DNA of 64,000 nucleotides from Okamejei kenojei (taxonomy: Eukaryota), in the NCBI GenBank assembly GCA_035221665.1, contig CM069162.1, positions 21,576,001-21,640,000 of the forward strand, written 5' to 3'. The position numbers and the translations under genes were made by a program. Shown here piece after piece: positions 63,769-64,000 of this stretch. Each line of letters opens with the position of its first letter. Positions within the stretch are counted from its first letter, which is position 1. The notes beneath the pieces are model-generated. The model had not been told where the DNA came from, ran no database searches, and saw nothing but the letters and a program-made list of their open reading frames with translations.

Positions 63769-63995
63769 GTAGACACAAGGTGCTGGAGTATCTCAACGAA
63801 TCAGGCAGCATCTCTGGAGGAAAAGGATTGGTGGCGTTTCGGGTCAGGACTGAAGAAGGGTCCCGATCCAAAACGTCACCCAGCTTTTTTTCTGCAGAGA
63901 TGCTGCCTGACCCGCTGAGCCACTCCAGCACTTTGTGTCTATCTTTGGTGTATACCACCATATGCAGCTCCCCTCTACAACATCTGCAGGTTCTG
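63769..63995. mobile_element. Palindromic Penelope-derived element
   Basis: TAGACACAA..TGCTGGAG arm and its inverse, with CTGAAGAAGGGTCCCGATCCAAAACGTC near the centre. Confidence 0.7.
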
Positions 63996-64000
63996 TGCAA

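Noticed and set aside
248-64000. Dozens of 60-140 aa ORFs (e.g. WEETGAPGENP..., SLKKGLDPKRHP..., CVCVCV...)
   Set aside because: Chance translations of SINEs, Penelope termini, microsatellites or N gaps.

Overview
Repeat-rich vertebrate genomic DNA, most likely from a cartilaginous fish such as a skate or ray (inferred from HE1/V-SINE-type SINEs and CR1/HER1, Rex1/Babar, RTE, L1, L2 and Penelope relics). No host protein-coding gene was recognised. The dominant feature is a full-length but inactivated DIRS1-type tyrosine-recombinase retrotransposon (about 43254-48594, +) with gag, RT-RNaseH-adenine methyltransferase and YR modules, inverted terminal repeats and an internal complementary region (ICR). 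It is integrated at a TATT core inside a Rex1-type LINE tail. Its sequence suggests a retrovirus-like expression programme: an HIV-type U-UUU-UUA slippery site at the gag/pol junction, plus splice sites that would give the ATG-less recombinase an in-frame start. The window also holds more than 15 copies of a Penelope-derived short element carrying a minimal hammerhead-ribozyme core, several with their own target-site duplications or as ~200-bp palindromes. Other content: three PIF/Harbinger MITEs, non-autonomous Helitron pieces, and a candidate spliced minus-strand transcript (about 37730-39233, possible extra exon 56909-57035) with a 79-aa spliced small ORF. There are two assembly gaps. Repeat boundaries are approximate unless TSD or TIR positions are quoted.
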